DNA of 64,000 nt, taken from the NCBI GenBank assembly GCA_000182565.2, contig KQ257458.1. The stretch is one strand, 5' to 3'. The notes under the pieces were generated by a model. The model saw only the letters and a program-made list of their open reading frames with translations, was not told the DNA's origin and did not search any database. Below, in pieces: positions 1-13,459 of the stretch; the first letter of the stretch is position 1; each line of letters begins with the position of its first letter. The translations under genes were made by a program, and so were the position numbers. The stretch is from Spizellomyces punctatus DAOM BR117 (lineage: Eukaryota).

Positions 1-1482
1 TTTTTGACGTGGGTGAATTGGATGAGGGGAGATTGTCAGGTGAGGAGTGTTTTGGATGTTGAGGGGAATGGTAGGTTTGTTGTTTTGGTGTGTTGGGATA
101 TAATGGGAATCGTTACTTTTCCATTGGCTTTCGTAGTCTTTTTGACGTTTTACGTATTTCAGTTCATTCATGTGTTTTTTTTCTTGGTTTTGCTGTGTAG
201 GGAGGAATCTACCTATGCAATTTGATGATTCGTGGGTTGTCTCGGTCGTCTTGGGCGAGGACGGCAAAGTGGTAAGTACACTTGTTCAAAATCCTGATAT
301 CATCAACCTTCCTAACAACTCTTGACAGTGGGATATGGAAACAGGCGAATGCCATTTCCGCCTCGTAGGGCACCAAGGAACCATCTCAGCAGTAAAGGTA
401 ACACCACTTCACCAACACACTACAATATAAAGAATGTCTCTCTAATATGGGTTTCTCTTTTTTCGTTTTCTCTCAGTTTGATCGGAAATACGTCGTAACG
501 GGCGGGATTGACACGACACTGAAAATCTGGGACACATCGTCTGGAGAATGCCTACGGACCCTCGTAGGACACCAAGGCGAGATCGTTTCGGTACAATACG
601 ATGATGATGTTGTTGTATCTGGATCTGAGGACTGTGATATTCGGGTAACGATTCTTTTTTTTGTATTTAATGTTGTTTGACTATTAAAACATTTCTTGTT
701 GAAATCTCTGGATTTTTGGTGGTTCTTAGGTCTGGCGAATGGGCACTGGAGCGTGTTTATCGGTTCTTAGTGGACATACTGGGGCAGTCTGTTGTCTCCA
801 ATTTGAAAAAGAAGTGATTGTATCTGGGTCGGCAGATCATACCATCAAAATCTGGTAAAACCCCCCAAAAAGAAGGAACTCAATCATCTCCCATAGACTT
901 ACCACCACTCAACATTTACAAGGTCGTTATTGACACCCACAACCCCCCGCACCCTAACCGGACACACAGGATACGTCTATTGCCTCCAATTCAATCACAC
1001 ACGAATTTGTTCTGGCTCTGAAGACGCTTCTATCAAAGTATGGGATATGGCCTCTGGGGAGTGTCTTCAAACGCTTTTAGGACATGAAATGGGGGTGGTT
1101 TGTTTGCAATTTGATGAACGAAAGATTGTAAGTGGGAGTTCGGATAAGAGTGTCAAGGTGCGTTTTGTTTTATCAATGTCTTTAACGTTCCTCATCTGTA
1201 CTCACAATCTGTTCGCTTGCATTTGGATGGCTAGGTGTGGGATATGAAGACGGGGTCATGTCTCTACACTCTTAAACAACATACTGAAACGGTATGCCAA
1301 AAGTACGCTTTTTACCTGCACAGGTCGTATTGGTATCTCAACAATCATCCCAGGTCTGGAATCTAAAATTCACATCGACGAAACTCATCACGAGTTCATT
1401 TGATCGGTCGCTGCTAGTGTGGGATTTTGCTGTCATTGATGATGACGATGATAAAGAGGAGAACGAAGAAGAAAAAGAATAA
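1..1482 (+). CDS. WD40-repeat protein, Cdc4/Fbw7/beta-TrCP/Met30-like (5' partial, multi-exon)
   Basis: Repeated GH...WD units across short exons (LVGHQGEIVSVQYDDDVVVSGSED; LTGHTGYVYCLQFNHTRICSGSEDASIKVWD; LLGHEMGVVCLQFDERKIVSGSSDKSVKV). Acidic tail, stop at 1480-1482. No F-box is visible in the window. Confidence 0.85.
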
Positions 1483-1603
1483 GACGCATAGAACCGGAAC
1501 CGTATAATTAGAACATTTAATCAAACACAATAATCAAGAATGGATGTATTTTGAGCGAGAAAATGAAATAATCACATAAAATTCAAAAAGATAAATGCGG
1601 GGG

Positions 1604-3257
1604 TTATACAAATTGAGTGTGCAAGTTATCACCACTTTTTGACTTATTATGCTTTGACTGGCGTTCCTCGGTGCATCGGAACGTATCTTGGATGCCCGGA
1701 CGGGGTGAACCACGAGGAGGTGCAACAAAGGAGGGTATGGTCCCTGGAGGGAGTTGAAGGTTATTGGAGCGGGATGAGGAGCGAGATGTTGATTTGGGCG
1801 AGGAGGGTGTAGATGGATTTGATAAAGACGAGTCAGATAGACCTAGGGCATGGAGTAGTTCGCGGCGTTGGGTTTTGGGAGGGAGAGGTGGCAGGATTGA
1901 CGGATCTGCTAATGTATCAGAAAGGAGGTTGCTCGATCTACTTCGGTACATGGTAGGTTCTTGTGTTTGTTGCTTATTGGTACTTGCAAAGAGCTCTGCA
2001 ACCGATTTCCGGCGGGCTTCAGGTAAGATTCTTTTGACACTCTTGCGTTTTTCCTGTGGTGTCAATGGAGTAGAAGATAGTCCCATGGATCCGCTTAATG
2101 ACTTTCTGGACGACGATCGTCGTCCCATGGATCCGCTTAATGACTTTCTGGACGGCGATCGTTTCATGTACCCAGCATCTCCACTTCGTGCCAATTCCAC
2201 CGCACTTTGAAAGACAACTCTTCTGGGACGATCTCCCCCAGTTCCATACGCCAGTATAAACTCATTGCAGTCCCCAATAGGATCAACACCCTCCACAGCG
2301 GCTTTCCGCATACCGTCCATAACTCTACCAGCAAAAGAAGAAAGGATCTCGCATTGGGTTTCGGTGGTTTGGGTCAATATCGATTTGTAGAGTTTAATGC
2401 GTGCCATTTCGGTTTCTTGGATCGTGTCTTGGAGGGAGCACATTTTGTCTTCCCAGTCGTCTTGGGCTTTATCGAGTCGTGTAAGGGCGCTTCGATACTC
2501 GGATTCGGCGCGGTCGGCTTCTTGCTTTAGCTTGTCCGTCTTTTTGGTTATGCATACAGGTTAGAATATACTAAAGGCCTGGTAGTCTCATCAAACTCAA
2601 ATACAAAACAAACCTTTTCAGACCTCATAATCCCATCAACAGATTTCCACACCTCTTTGCTTTTGCCCATAAACTCTCTAGCATGTTTCTGCAGTCCACT
2701 CGTCTCCTTTTCCAAAACCTTGTTTGCCCGCTCAAACTCTCCTTCAACGCTTTTCTTGACCCTCTTTTGCGTGCTTTCGATAAAAGTCTGTAAAGGCTCT
2801 ACGACTTGTTCATTCACTTTGGTCGCGTATTGCCGATGAGCTCTTGAGAGTGTCGTGGTGAAATTGAGCAGTTTTTCAAGTGTTGTGAGAAGGGAGGGTG
2901 TGTGGAGTTTTTCGAGGGTGGGCTTGTACCGGTGCGCAAGACTTTGCAGGGACTTTGCATACTCTTGTTCTACCTCGGCTCTTGAAAGAAGCGTCAACAG
3001 GTAATATCTCAAATCAAGTCTTGGGATGTTTTTTTTTGTTACCTTGCAATGAAGAATTCCAGCAGGATTTCAGAATCTGCTACGCTACAACCACATTTCT
3101 CTATCAAGGTCGTCATACCCGCATCGCCTTCCCCCTAAACATTTAACAAAAAGAAAAATCAATGTTAAATGCTGGAAATCATCCAACCAAAAGGTATTGC
3201 AGTTACCCAAAAGTTTTCTCGAAATGGGACCGGTCGTAGTGCTGTCATGGCTGTCAT
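1604..3257 (-). CDS. F-BAR (FCH) domain protein with Ser/Pro-rich tail
   Basis: N-terminal PFRENFW, then RAEVEQEYAKSLQSLA and long helical coiled-coil exons (2548-3012, 1604-2443), separated by GT-AG introns. Confidence 0.75.
2081..2153. repeat. In-frame 42-bp-period duplication in the F-BAR gene (SRKSLSGSMG twice)
   Basis: tcccatggatccgcttaatgactttctggac occurs at 2081 and 2123. Confidence 0.9.
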
Positions 3258-4697
3258 CGTTCTACGTCCTCTGTAAAAACCAGAGTAGAAAGATGCAAAA
3301 AAAAGACAACTTTGATAAAAAGAAAATGGGGTGAGCGAATTTAGAAGAGTCTCCCAGCTTGCACATGTGAAATAGCTGCAATCATGTATAAATGTCTTTC
3401 TTCTAAAAATAGGATTGGAGAACAAGGATGATTTGGATTGTGCATTTGGGATATGTTTCTTTTTTTGGGGAGATGTTTTGGAACATATCTCTGTCTCCCC
3501 TATGCATTTGTTTAAAAATAGAGGTCGTTAGTGCCAATTGCGTCGAATAAAGAGTCTATCGCAAGCTGCACCAATATAAACGCTAAGCAGCGCATGCTGA
3601 TCCAGCGCTGCATGTGTTTTATGCTCGTTAATTGATATGCAATCATAGCATATTATCCACTATGGTTGTTACTTTTAAGTGTGGCATTATGATACGGCTG
3701 ACTAATTCCATATCCATAAATTCAGTAAAACATTAAAGTTCATCTGAAAAGATATCATCGTTCAATTGGCACCTTTGTCAATAGTCTCTTTGAATGGAAT
3801 CACGTCCGACCAAACAACTGGTTTGTTCACATGCCTGAATATTGTACTTTTCCGGCCATTCCTCCTCCTTATCAGCAGTAAAAGTAGGAAGAACATCCAT
3901 TGCTTTTGTCGCCCTTTTGTCCTCGTGGTCGAAACCCAAGAATGAGCACTCTTAGCACTACTAGCGGCAATTCTAGTGTTGTAGGTTATCAGTATATGTT
4001 AATCCCTGCAGGTCATGACACTGGTCCCGATCAAAAGTAATCACTTCAAATTATGTATGATAGTAAAAACAACTTGTGTGTAGTATGTGTAATGTGCTGC
4101 TATAGTCCTGCTCTTTTTCATGGTGGTCTCACCCAACATCTACCTCACCAACATAATGAGCCAAACCCGCGCAAATGGGAGATGCGCACACACAAAGCCG
4201 TGTGTGTGCGCTGATGGGACTTGCGCCGCGCTTGTCGTACATGACCTACTTTTACGCTACTTTCAACATCTAAATGAACCACCTCATAAAAACGGACTTT
4301 AGGTCATCTCACGTTTTTGTGGTTGACCGTACGCAACATTGTCGTGTGACTAGAGTTGTTAACAAAGAAAATCGCATGTGCTCCACACACACGCGCGTTG
4401 ATCGTGAATTCCATTTGTACTGTAGAGGAATTCTTTGCAAACCGACTTGATTCTTATGCAGAACTTATGGATTGCGGCTGGCCGTTCAAAGCTGCCAGAG
4501 TACAAATGTCGGATTGTGTGAGGAGGAATCCGAAGATTTTTATTCCGTGACAAACGTTATGCAGGTTTTGTCATGTCATACCTTTCGATACCCTCCTTGA
4601 ACTCGGGTAGGGGCATAAGTATAAATACGCAATCCCCACCGACTTTGGGTATCCCCATACATAAGCTCACAGTAGAATATAGAAACAAAGCAAAAGC

Positions 4698-5780
4698 ATG
4701 CAGCTTACATCCGCCCTCATAGTTTTATCCACTCTCGCATCAGCGCACGGATTTCGCCTCGTCGATAACTGGTCCGGTCCTTCCTTTTTTGATCAGTTTT
4801 CTTTTTTCACTGGCAATGATCCGACGCATGGTTATGTTGACTATGTTGATCGCGGGACGGCTCAGGCACAGGGGTTGATTGGAACGAGTGGACAGACGGT
4901 TTTTCTTCGTCCTGATAGTACGAACCGTGCGGTGGGTCGTGGGAGGAAGAGTGTGAGGTTGACGAGTAACAAGGTAAAGTTTTTGTTGATATAGCTGCGT
5001 ACTGTATGTTTGAAATGATTTTTCTCATTCGCATTTCTAGTCGTACAATCAAGGATCCCTCATCATTGCTGATATTGGGCACATGCCGGTGGGCTGTGGG
5101 ACATGGCCGGCCTTTTGGACGGTAGGTCCCAACTGGCCTTCGTCAGGAGAAATCGACATTCTCGAAGGTGTCAACAACCAAAACAAGAATCAAGTTACCT
5201 TGCACACTACGGCGGGATGCACGATGGCTGGTGTTGGCAGGGACCAATGGGCGATTGCAGATGCACTCAACTGTGATGTGAACGCACCAAACCAATTTCC
5301 CAACCAAGGCTGCTCCAATGTTGATCAGAATACCAATTCCTACGGGCAAGGATTCAACAATATTGGCGGTGGTGTGTATGCAACTCTATGGGACGCTAGT
5401 GGTATCAAGGTGTTTTTCTGGTGGCATGACATTGTGCCCCAGGACGTTCGCAACGGGAATCCCAATCCTGCTGCCTGGGGAAAGCCCACTGCAGTCTTTC
5501 CCTTTGGATCCAATTGCCCTGCGAGTCATTTTCAAAATCAGCAGATTGTCATTAATCTGACCTTTTGCGGTATGTATTCTTTTGAATGTTTGTTTGAAAA
5601 TACCATACATAACAATAACACATGCAAAAAAAAAAAAAAACTCATCTCAAAGGGGACTGGGCTGGCTCGGTCTTTTCGCAAACCTGCCCGGGCGACTGTA
5701 TCGCTTTTGTACGCGACAATCCGCAAGCCTTCCGTGATGCATACTGGGCCATCAACTCTGTCAAGGTCTATCAACAGTAA
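4698..5780 (+). CDS. Secreted GH16 endo-1,3(4)-beta-glucanase (fungal Lam16A type), 3 exons
   Basis: Signal peptide, FFTGNDPTHGYVDYV, GCGTWPAFW, catalytic GEIDILEG, NLTFCG/DWAG. Introns about 4974-5040 and 5570-5652, TAA at 5778-5780. Confidence 0.93.
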
Positions 5781-5927
5781 AAAGAGATTCAAAAATGACC
5801 TCCACGCGCTCCCCTTCCGTTCCGCAACCTCCGAGATCCACGTTCATTAAACAATCCCTCCGAGATGGGCGGATGCGATGCAAGCGTCATTTTACCAGCA
5901 GTCAAACAACAATAATTTCACATGTCT

Positions 5928-5987
5928 GTCTGTGTGTGTGCTTGTGCTTGTATGTGTGTGCTTGTATGCTTGCATGTGTGTGTATGT
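5928..5987. repeat. Imperfect (TG)n microsatellite
   Basis: tgtgtgtgtgcttgtgcttgtatgtgtgtg... run. Confidence 0.85.
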
Positions 5988-6699
5988 GATATTTGGTAGT
6001 TCCCCCTCTATGAAAATAATAAAAAACAAAAAAGTGAAGGCTGCGCGAATCGAACCCTCCGCCCCAAAATCCCAAAAATATTAAAAATTTTAGGTTTTAA
6101 AAAGGAAAAATCCAAACGTTTTGGGGGAATTCGATTTAGAAAAAAAGGGAAAAACCTTAAAATTTTCCCTTGTTCTGTTGAAAAATAAAAAACATGCCAA
6201 CTGTCAAAAACATCCAATCGAATAAATCACAAACACAGCCTCCCTTCCCATGGGTACAATTGGGTGGTTTGTTGCCAAGGAAACAGGCGGAACAAGTTCC
6301 GTTCTCTTTAATAGAAAGCCTTGGCGCGGATGTGGCCGTTTTTGTTGTTCGTTTCGGAAAGGAGTCGATAAGGTTAAAGTTTTTAGAACAATCCAATTGC
6401 ACGATTTTAGCACGCACGCTTTCTCTTGAATTGCCCCTCGGGGGACTTTCTCTCAAACAACAACAACAGCACTGCCGACGATACATCCTATATTGCCCGA
6501 CTCGGGCCTTTTTCTCCTCTCTTTATGGCGGGTCACTGTCAAAAGGTGGTGATGAGCCTCCCTTTTCTTGCTTGTTATGAATGAAAAAACTAGCAAAAGC
6601 GCTTGTTTAGTATGAGCGGATGTTGAGCGGAATTACCCGTTCGTTTTTTTGTTGATCAGTATGTGCCTCCGAGCCAAGCCATCTTCCACTATTTTTGCT

Positions 6700-6869
6700 T
6701 GTGTGTATGTGTGTGTGTGTGTGTGTGTATATACATACATGTATATAATAATATGACTCTGTGTGTGTGNNNNNNNNNNNNNNNNNNNNNNNNNNNNNNN
6801 NNNNNNNNNNNNNNNNNNNNNNNNNNNNNNNNNNNNNNNNNNNNNNNNNNNNNNNNNNNNNNNNNNNNN
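6700..6869. other. (GT)n microsatellite followed by a 100-N assembly gap (6770-6869)
   Basis: Directly visible. Exactly 100 N usually denotes a gap of unknown size. Confidence 0.97.
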
Positions 6870-7106
6870 ATGACGCGTCTTCTCAAAAGACCGAAAAGGA
6901 ACCTTCCGTTTATCAAACTTTAGGGTTGGTGTGACAATAGTCTAAAACTCAATTCTCCCCCCCCCCCCCTCCCACAACATAAATGGAGTGCCCTTTCTGT
7001 TCTCCCCCCCTTCTTTCTGCTTGCTTGCTTGCTGCCAGCGTTTTCTTTTTTTTTTTAGTACTGATGAATACGGGCTTTTAGCATACTACTTTGGCATTAA
7101 CAAGCA

Positions 7107-8778
7107 ATGGTTCAAAAGACAACGTTTATACAAAAGCTGTACAAGTAAGTGTTCAAGACTGCGCATATGGCAAATGGGAACAAGCAAACTTATTGTCTCT
7201 ACAAAGAATCCTCGAGGACGAGGATTATCAGCAATTGATTCGATGGAGTTCATTGGGAACGTCCTTTCTCGTCATGGACTCTGCAGAATTCTCTCGCAAC
7301 GTCCTCCCCAAAGTCTTTAAACACAACAATTATACCAGCTTTGTTCGTCAACTCAATTTGTACGGCTTCCACAAGACCAACCGCTCCTACCATCGTCACG
7401 CGGGCATGACCGATGCGGAACGGGAAGCAGAGCCACGAGAATTTTCTCATCCCAAATTCATTCGGTACCGACCCGACTTGTTGGGTGAAATTCGCCGCAA
7501 GTCGGCGCAAGATCGCCTGCTGTCAACGTCCCAAATCAGTGGGTTCCCTTCTGCTGCCGATGAGCTACATGCGGCCACGACGCTAGCGGGCGTTGCCTCT
7601 GCTTCACGCCCCATTGCACCTGCACCGCCTTCGGTCGCTCTCATGTCAGAGAGGAATGCCCAACCCCACCACCACCAACGCAAGGGCAGTCCGCCCTTGT
7701 CCACTGTTGGCGCCTCACCCCACTCGCCAATGTCTCCAGTGGATAGATCCCCCCACTACAGTTCGCTTCCCCCGCCGGGTGTGTACAGTCATCCGCCTCC
7801 CTACCCATTGCCGCCAACGCAGCCCATAGTTGGGACTTCTGCTGCTGCTAGTCGCATGGAGCAAGGAGGGTCTACTCTGACAATGATGCAGGATGTACAG
7901 AGCATGATCATGAAGCAGCTCTCGCATCTTCAGACCAATGTGCAGGATTTGATGGCCGAACTGCGGGACGTTCGAAAAACACAAGACATGCAGCAACGCG
8001 TCATTGAGAGTTTGCTGCGCGATGGCAAAATGAGCAATAGTGACAGGGACGCAGATAAAGGACCTCGATCTGTCCCTTCCTCTTCATCCCATCCGCCCCC
8101 ACCATCGCATCACCTCCCACACCATCATCGCCAACACCCGCTCGATCTCCGGACAGACATGAGCCGTGCGGCGGAAGAACACTATTACCAACAACAACAA
8201 CAGCAGCAGCAACGCGAGCACTCCAGCAAGACACGTGACCGCAGTCCACGTGGATCCATTGTGGCGCCACCATCTGCTTCGCCATTGTCCAATGCCGCGA
8301 GCACTCCAGCAAGACACGTGACCGCAGTCCACGTGGATCCATTGTGGCGCCACCATCTGCTTCGCCATTGTCCAATGCCGCGAGCACATCACCGAAAACG
8401 ATCCTTCCGCCTCCCTCTGTCCTTGCATCCTTTTCCCCTTTGCGACGGGGCAGTAGCCCTGGAGTATACACATTTCCCCCGACATCCGCGCCCGTATCCT
8501 CTGCTGCTCCCATTGCCAGCTCAACAAGCAACTCAAAGACGAGCGATGTACCTGTAACGACATCGCCGTACGCGTCACCACCGGTCGATACGCACCGAAA
8601 TTCCATTGATTCTGATGTAGAGTCTGAACGCCATGTGCGTGATCGTGATCGTGAGCGATCTCTACATGGCGATAGGTACCATCCTTATGCAAAAGAGGAT
8701 GACAAGCCCCGGTTTATTCTGCCACCTCCCAGAGGGCAAGAAGAGTGGGGACGGAGGGGACTTGTTGGATGGAGATGA
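7107..8778 (+). CDS. HSF-type DNA-binding transcription factor (frameshifted in this sequence by an 83-bp duplication)
   Basis: Spliced N-terminus MVQKTTFIQKLYK/ILEDEDYQQLIRWS (intron about 7145-7206), FKHNNYTSFVRQLNLYGFHK, coiled coil, polyQ. As assembled it stops at 8557. Removing one repeat copy extends it to 8778. Confidence 0.88.
8213..8387. repeat. Perfect 83-bp tandem duplication
   Basis: Units start at 8213 and 8296. CGCGAGCAC occurs at 8213, 8296 and 8379. Confidence 0.95.
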
Positions 8779-9241
8779 AATCATGTATGATAATAATTTT
8801 TGGATATTGCTCGTTTACAAAGACATGTCATCGCACACACTCCCCTACTCTGTTGCAATGGCTATTAGATATCCATTACACGAACACTCATGAAAAATCT
8901 CCACGTTCCAATTCCATAATTCCCTTTAAAAACGCGCAAAAGAAATTAAATTTTGATGTGATGCAGTGTTTCATCTCCTTTCTTGTTCGGCCGCTAAAGT
9001 TTTTTATTTTCCATGTTTACTATTGCTTAGTCTTCCAAATGGATTTGTATGTTGGAGAGAAGGGTTTTTATTGCAAGAAGGATTTGGGAGTGCGTGTGTG
9101 TGGGAAAAGGTTGAAAGCCAGAGTAGCAGCAAGTAGCAGAAGCAAGCAGGACTTGTGTGAACGAGTAAGTTGCTCAAAAACATACGTCGTTGATGGAAAC
9201 TCGTTATTAATGGGACAATTATCAAACAAGAAGTGTCAGTC

Positions 9242-12200
9242 ATGTCAAAAGCAACGGCAAACGGCACCTCGTACGGACATCCTTCAAGACCAGAGCGTCC
9301 ATACGATCCACTCTATAACCGCTCTCCGGTCTCATCCCCAACTCCAAGCGTTCCTCCTCGCTCCAACGTCCCTCCTTCAGTATTGTACAGGTCACCTTCC
9401 CCCATGTCTGCAAACTTGGAACTCCCTCCAAGGACAAGTTCGCAAAGTGCTTGGGACTCGCTCGATGCAGCTGTTTTTCCTCCTCCATCCGGAGACATCA
9501 CACCTCCATCACCCAGTCTTGTTCGTCCTCCAAAAAAGGCGACGCGGGGCGTTGCATTCGCTTCGGATGCAACACGATCAAGTTCAAATGACGTTGAACT
9601 CTCTCCTGTTTTGGCACCACAGCCGCGCTCTATTATGGCTCGGACGGATACATCAGATACCCTTTTGCCGCTCTCGTCGCCGGCCCCGCACATGGAGCGA
9701 CGGGCACCAACCGCCAATGCTTACGGGACGCTTGTCGGACCACGGAGGAGAAAGACTGTCAAGCTTCCATCGACGGGAAATTTTGTCATTAGAGAGCAGC
9801 TGCCAGAATCGCTTTTAAAGAATGTTGCGTTTAGCAAAGGGGACGAATTTGAAAAGATAAAGTATACCGCCGCAACGACCGATCCGGATGACGTGAGTGC
9901 ATCGTGCGCGGTATCAATTGTGATGGAAATGATATATTGATCAAGTGTGTTACTGGTACTAGTTTGTTAAAGCAGGATATACCCTGCGAGCTGCCGAGTA
10001 CCGTCGCGAAACGGAGATTGCGATTGTAGTCACCATGTACAATGAGGGAATCAACGAGTTGAACAGGTGTGTAAATGGGAAACTTGGCGTGCACTGTGAA
10101 CCCAACTGACATTTATACCAAAAAGAACATTGTTTGGCATCTTTCAAAACATACAGTACATTTGCCAAAAGCGCAAATGGGGCTGGGATGTTGACGGATG
10201 GAAAAAGATTGTCGTCGTGCTAGGTAATGCACATGTCATACTTTTAGTGGTGCAAAAGACTAACGATAAGTTTCTCATAGTCGCGGACGGCCGAAAAAAG
10301 TGCAACCTCAACGTTCTCCTCGCTCTTCAAACCATGGGAGTGTATCAAGAAGGCCTGCCCCAGTTTGCAGTAAACAATACCCCAACCACAGCCCACATTT
10401 TTGAATCCACCGCCCAACTTGTCCTCGACCCCGCTCTTCAAATTTGGACCACATCGAACGGCATCCCCCCTGTCCAATTCATATTCTGCATGAAGGAACG
10501 CAATGCCAAAAAGATTAATTCGCATCGATGGTTCTTTAATGCTTTTTGCCCAATTTTGAAACCAAAGGTCTGTCTTTTGGTTGACGTTGGGACGAGGCCG
10601 ATGGCAGGGAGCATTTATAGGCTTTGGAAGGCCTTTGAGAGAAACCCTCTTATTGCCGGTGCGTGTGGGGAGATCAAGGTTGGCATGACATGGCGAGGCG
10701 TGTTGAATCCGTTGGTAGCGAGTCAAAACTTTGAGTACAAAATCAGTAATCATTTGGATAAAGGTAATGGAAACCATTAGTTGTTGTTGGAAAAATTGTT
10801 ATTCGAATCAGCACTGACATGATGTTTTTAAAGCCCTCGAATCTGTCTTTGGTTACATTGGTGTACTCCCTGGTGCATTTTCTGCCTACCGCTACACGGC
10901 TCTTCTCGACAACATGCCAAATCGCGGTCCGCTTGCCTCGTATTTCAAAGGCGAACGTCGAGAAGACCAAACCTCGAGCACCAATTCCCCAACAGAGATC
11001 TTTAGCGCAAATTTGTATCTGGCCGAAGACCGTATTCTCGCATTGGAACTCGTTGCTAAACCTTTGAGCAAATGGACGTTGCACTATGTTTCCAAAGCTG
11101 CGGCAGAAACCGATGTCCCCGATAGTGTGCCAGAGTTTATTGCCCAACGACGACGGTGGTTAAATGGAAGTTTCTTTGCGCAGGTGTATGCTATTATGAA
11201 TATTGGCCGTACCTTGACTACTCGGCACTCTATTGGGAGGAAACTGGCGTTTATGGTTCAAGCATTGTAAGTCTTGCCTTGATTTTTTCGCAAAGTGTGT
11301 ATGGACATTAATCATTCTCTTTCTCTAGCTACTCACTTGTCTCACTCCTATTCAACTGGTTCGGTCCATCCCAGTTTGCCATCGTACGTATTCCATATCT
11401 GGCCAAAAAAACATTTTCATTCTTTTATCTAACCACACTGTAAAAAAATAGATTTTTTACTTTCTCTTTTCCTCGGAACTCAAGTCGATTGTCCCCGAAC
11501 GCGTCGCTCAAGCTTTTTTCCTTGTCTACCCTGTCCTTCTCGCGGTCCTCTTTATCGCCTCATTGGGCAACAGACCACAAGCTTCGAAAGGGATTTACAA
11601 AGCTTCTATGGTCTTTTTCGCGTTCATTGGATTGGTTATGCTTGCGTTACTTGGATACAAGATTTTTAATTTGGCAAAAGCGAAAAGCGGACTGGGTGGG
11701 GCTTTTGAGATTGGGAGTGGAATGAGGTTTGTATTGTCACTGCGCTTTTTTTTTCTGGCTGGTTAGGGGATGGTTATGAATGATCCTTTTTTTTGCGTTT
11801 AGCTACATTATTGGTCTCTCGGCGACTTATGGTGTCTACCTCCTCGGCTCTGTCTTGCAAGGCGATCCTTGGCACATGTTTACAAGCCTCTTCCAATACC
11901 TACTCCTCCTCCCCTCCTACATCAACGTCCTCCAAATTTACGCTCTCTGCAATATCCACGACGTGTCCTGGGGTACCAAGGGGGATAACGCTTCCAACGA
12001 TTTACCAAAGGTGGCTGTGGGTGTAAATAAAGACGGGAGTGTCGTGGCTGATGTTGAGGTTTTGAGTGGGGGGGATGTGGATGGGGTTTGGCGGGGTGGT
12101 ATGGATCGTGTGCGAGAGTTGGGTGCTGGTCGGGTGGTTGAGGTACCCAGTGCTGTGGATCCTAGGGTGAAACAAGAAGATGATTACAAGAGTTTTAGAA

Positions 12201-12617
12201 CAAACCGTGAGTATTTGTCTTTCGACCTTTTTCGAACGTTGTTTATCGTACGGATTTATTTAAACTCTATCATTAGTCCTTCTCTGGTGGCTAGCAACCA
12301 ACGCAATAGTCTTTGGCGTCGTAACCCAAACCAAAGCCTCCATAGCCGACACATACCTCGTCTCCCTCCTCTACGCAAGCGCAGGCCTAAGCGCCATCCG
12401 TCTGATCGGAGTCATATTTTATCAAACGATATCCTTTTTCGTAACAATCTGCAAATGCGGAGATCGTCGAAAGAAAAATCAAATTAACAAGAAAATTAGG
12501 CAGGAACCTCCTCGTGCTGGGCCTGGACAAACTGTTATTGGGAATGGGTATAATGGGTTTATGGTTGTGGATGATATTGAGGTTGGGAATCGGGCTAGGT
12601 TGTTTATGGATGCATAG
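9242..12617 (+). CDS. Chitin synthase, division 1 (class I/II/III), multi-exon
   Basis: YTAATTDPDD, TMYNE, KERNAKKINSHRWFF, QNFEYKISNHLDK, YLAEDRIL, ETDVPD, QRRRWLNGS, CNIHDVSWGTKG and TM helices. The last exon read by eye ends at TAG 12615-12617. Confidence 0.95.
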
Positions 12618-13459
12618 ATTTTGTTGTTTTTTTTTTGTGTAAAAGAGGTTTTTTATATAGTTTTTGTTGGTGGGATTTGGGGGTAGACTTTTAGATGAAT
12701 GCATTTCTTTTTTTTTGTGTATAGCGGGATATAGCCTTGTTTTACATACTAGATTTTTTTCTTTACGGTAGACTATGCATTACATGAGCGTATTGGGGGG
12801 TTTCTTTTTTGTGCATTTTGTTTCTACGTGGGGGGAAAATATTTTCGACATGATTTTTGCAAAAAACATAAACAAACCCCTTCCATGTTTTCAAAATTAA
12901 AAACTACAAAAAGAAAAAAACGTATAACCCAAGTGCATCCCGAAATTAAATTTATTAACAACATTTACTCTTGTTTTATATTGCTATTACGATACTTTTG
13001 CATACAAAAAACTACATATACTCTTACAATACACTCTTGATCTCTAAATAAGCGTTTTTAGCCAAATTGCTCTTCACTCTGTCATCACTTGATACAAACG
13101 TTCTCTCTGCCTCCTATTTACGACATACCTTCAAACACGATCCATACTATCCGTATATGCCACCTCACCTCTAAAATTCTCGGCTTGCACAGCTTTAGCC
13201 CGCTTTTCTAAATGTTGTTCAGAGTATAGTTGGTATGAAATGGTATATACAAAAACATTTCGCAGTTGGGTATCCCGGTTGTTGTCCATATGTTGAAATT
13301 ACGGTGTCCATTATGACATTTTGCCTTTTGCGTATAGGTACTGTTTTTGGCTTTCCGAGGTTGATCTTGTTGTTTAGTTACTTGTCGTCCTCGTAGTATG
13401 GGCTCTCAGTTTATTCGCGTTCAGTTTGGTATGCTTCTTACTTTTGTCGCTTTTGGAAT

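Noticed and set aside
8001-8692. Two roughly 200-aa antisense ORFs over the HSF gene
   Set aside because: They are shadow frames of GC-rich coding sequence, and their shared peptide simply reflects the 83-bp duplication.
8745-9818. 357-aa ORF overlapping the chitin synthase 5' end
   Set aside because: It is an alternative frame over intergenic DNA and the true CHS exon, with no motif.
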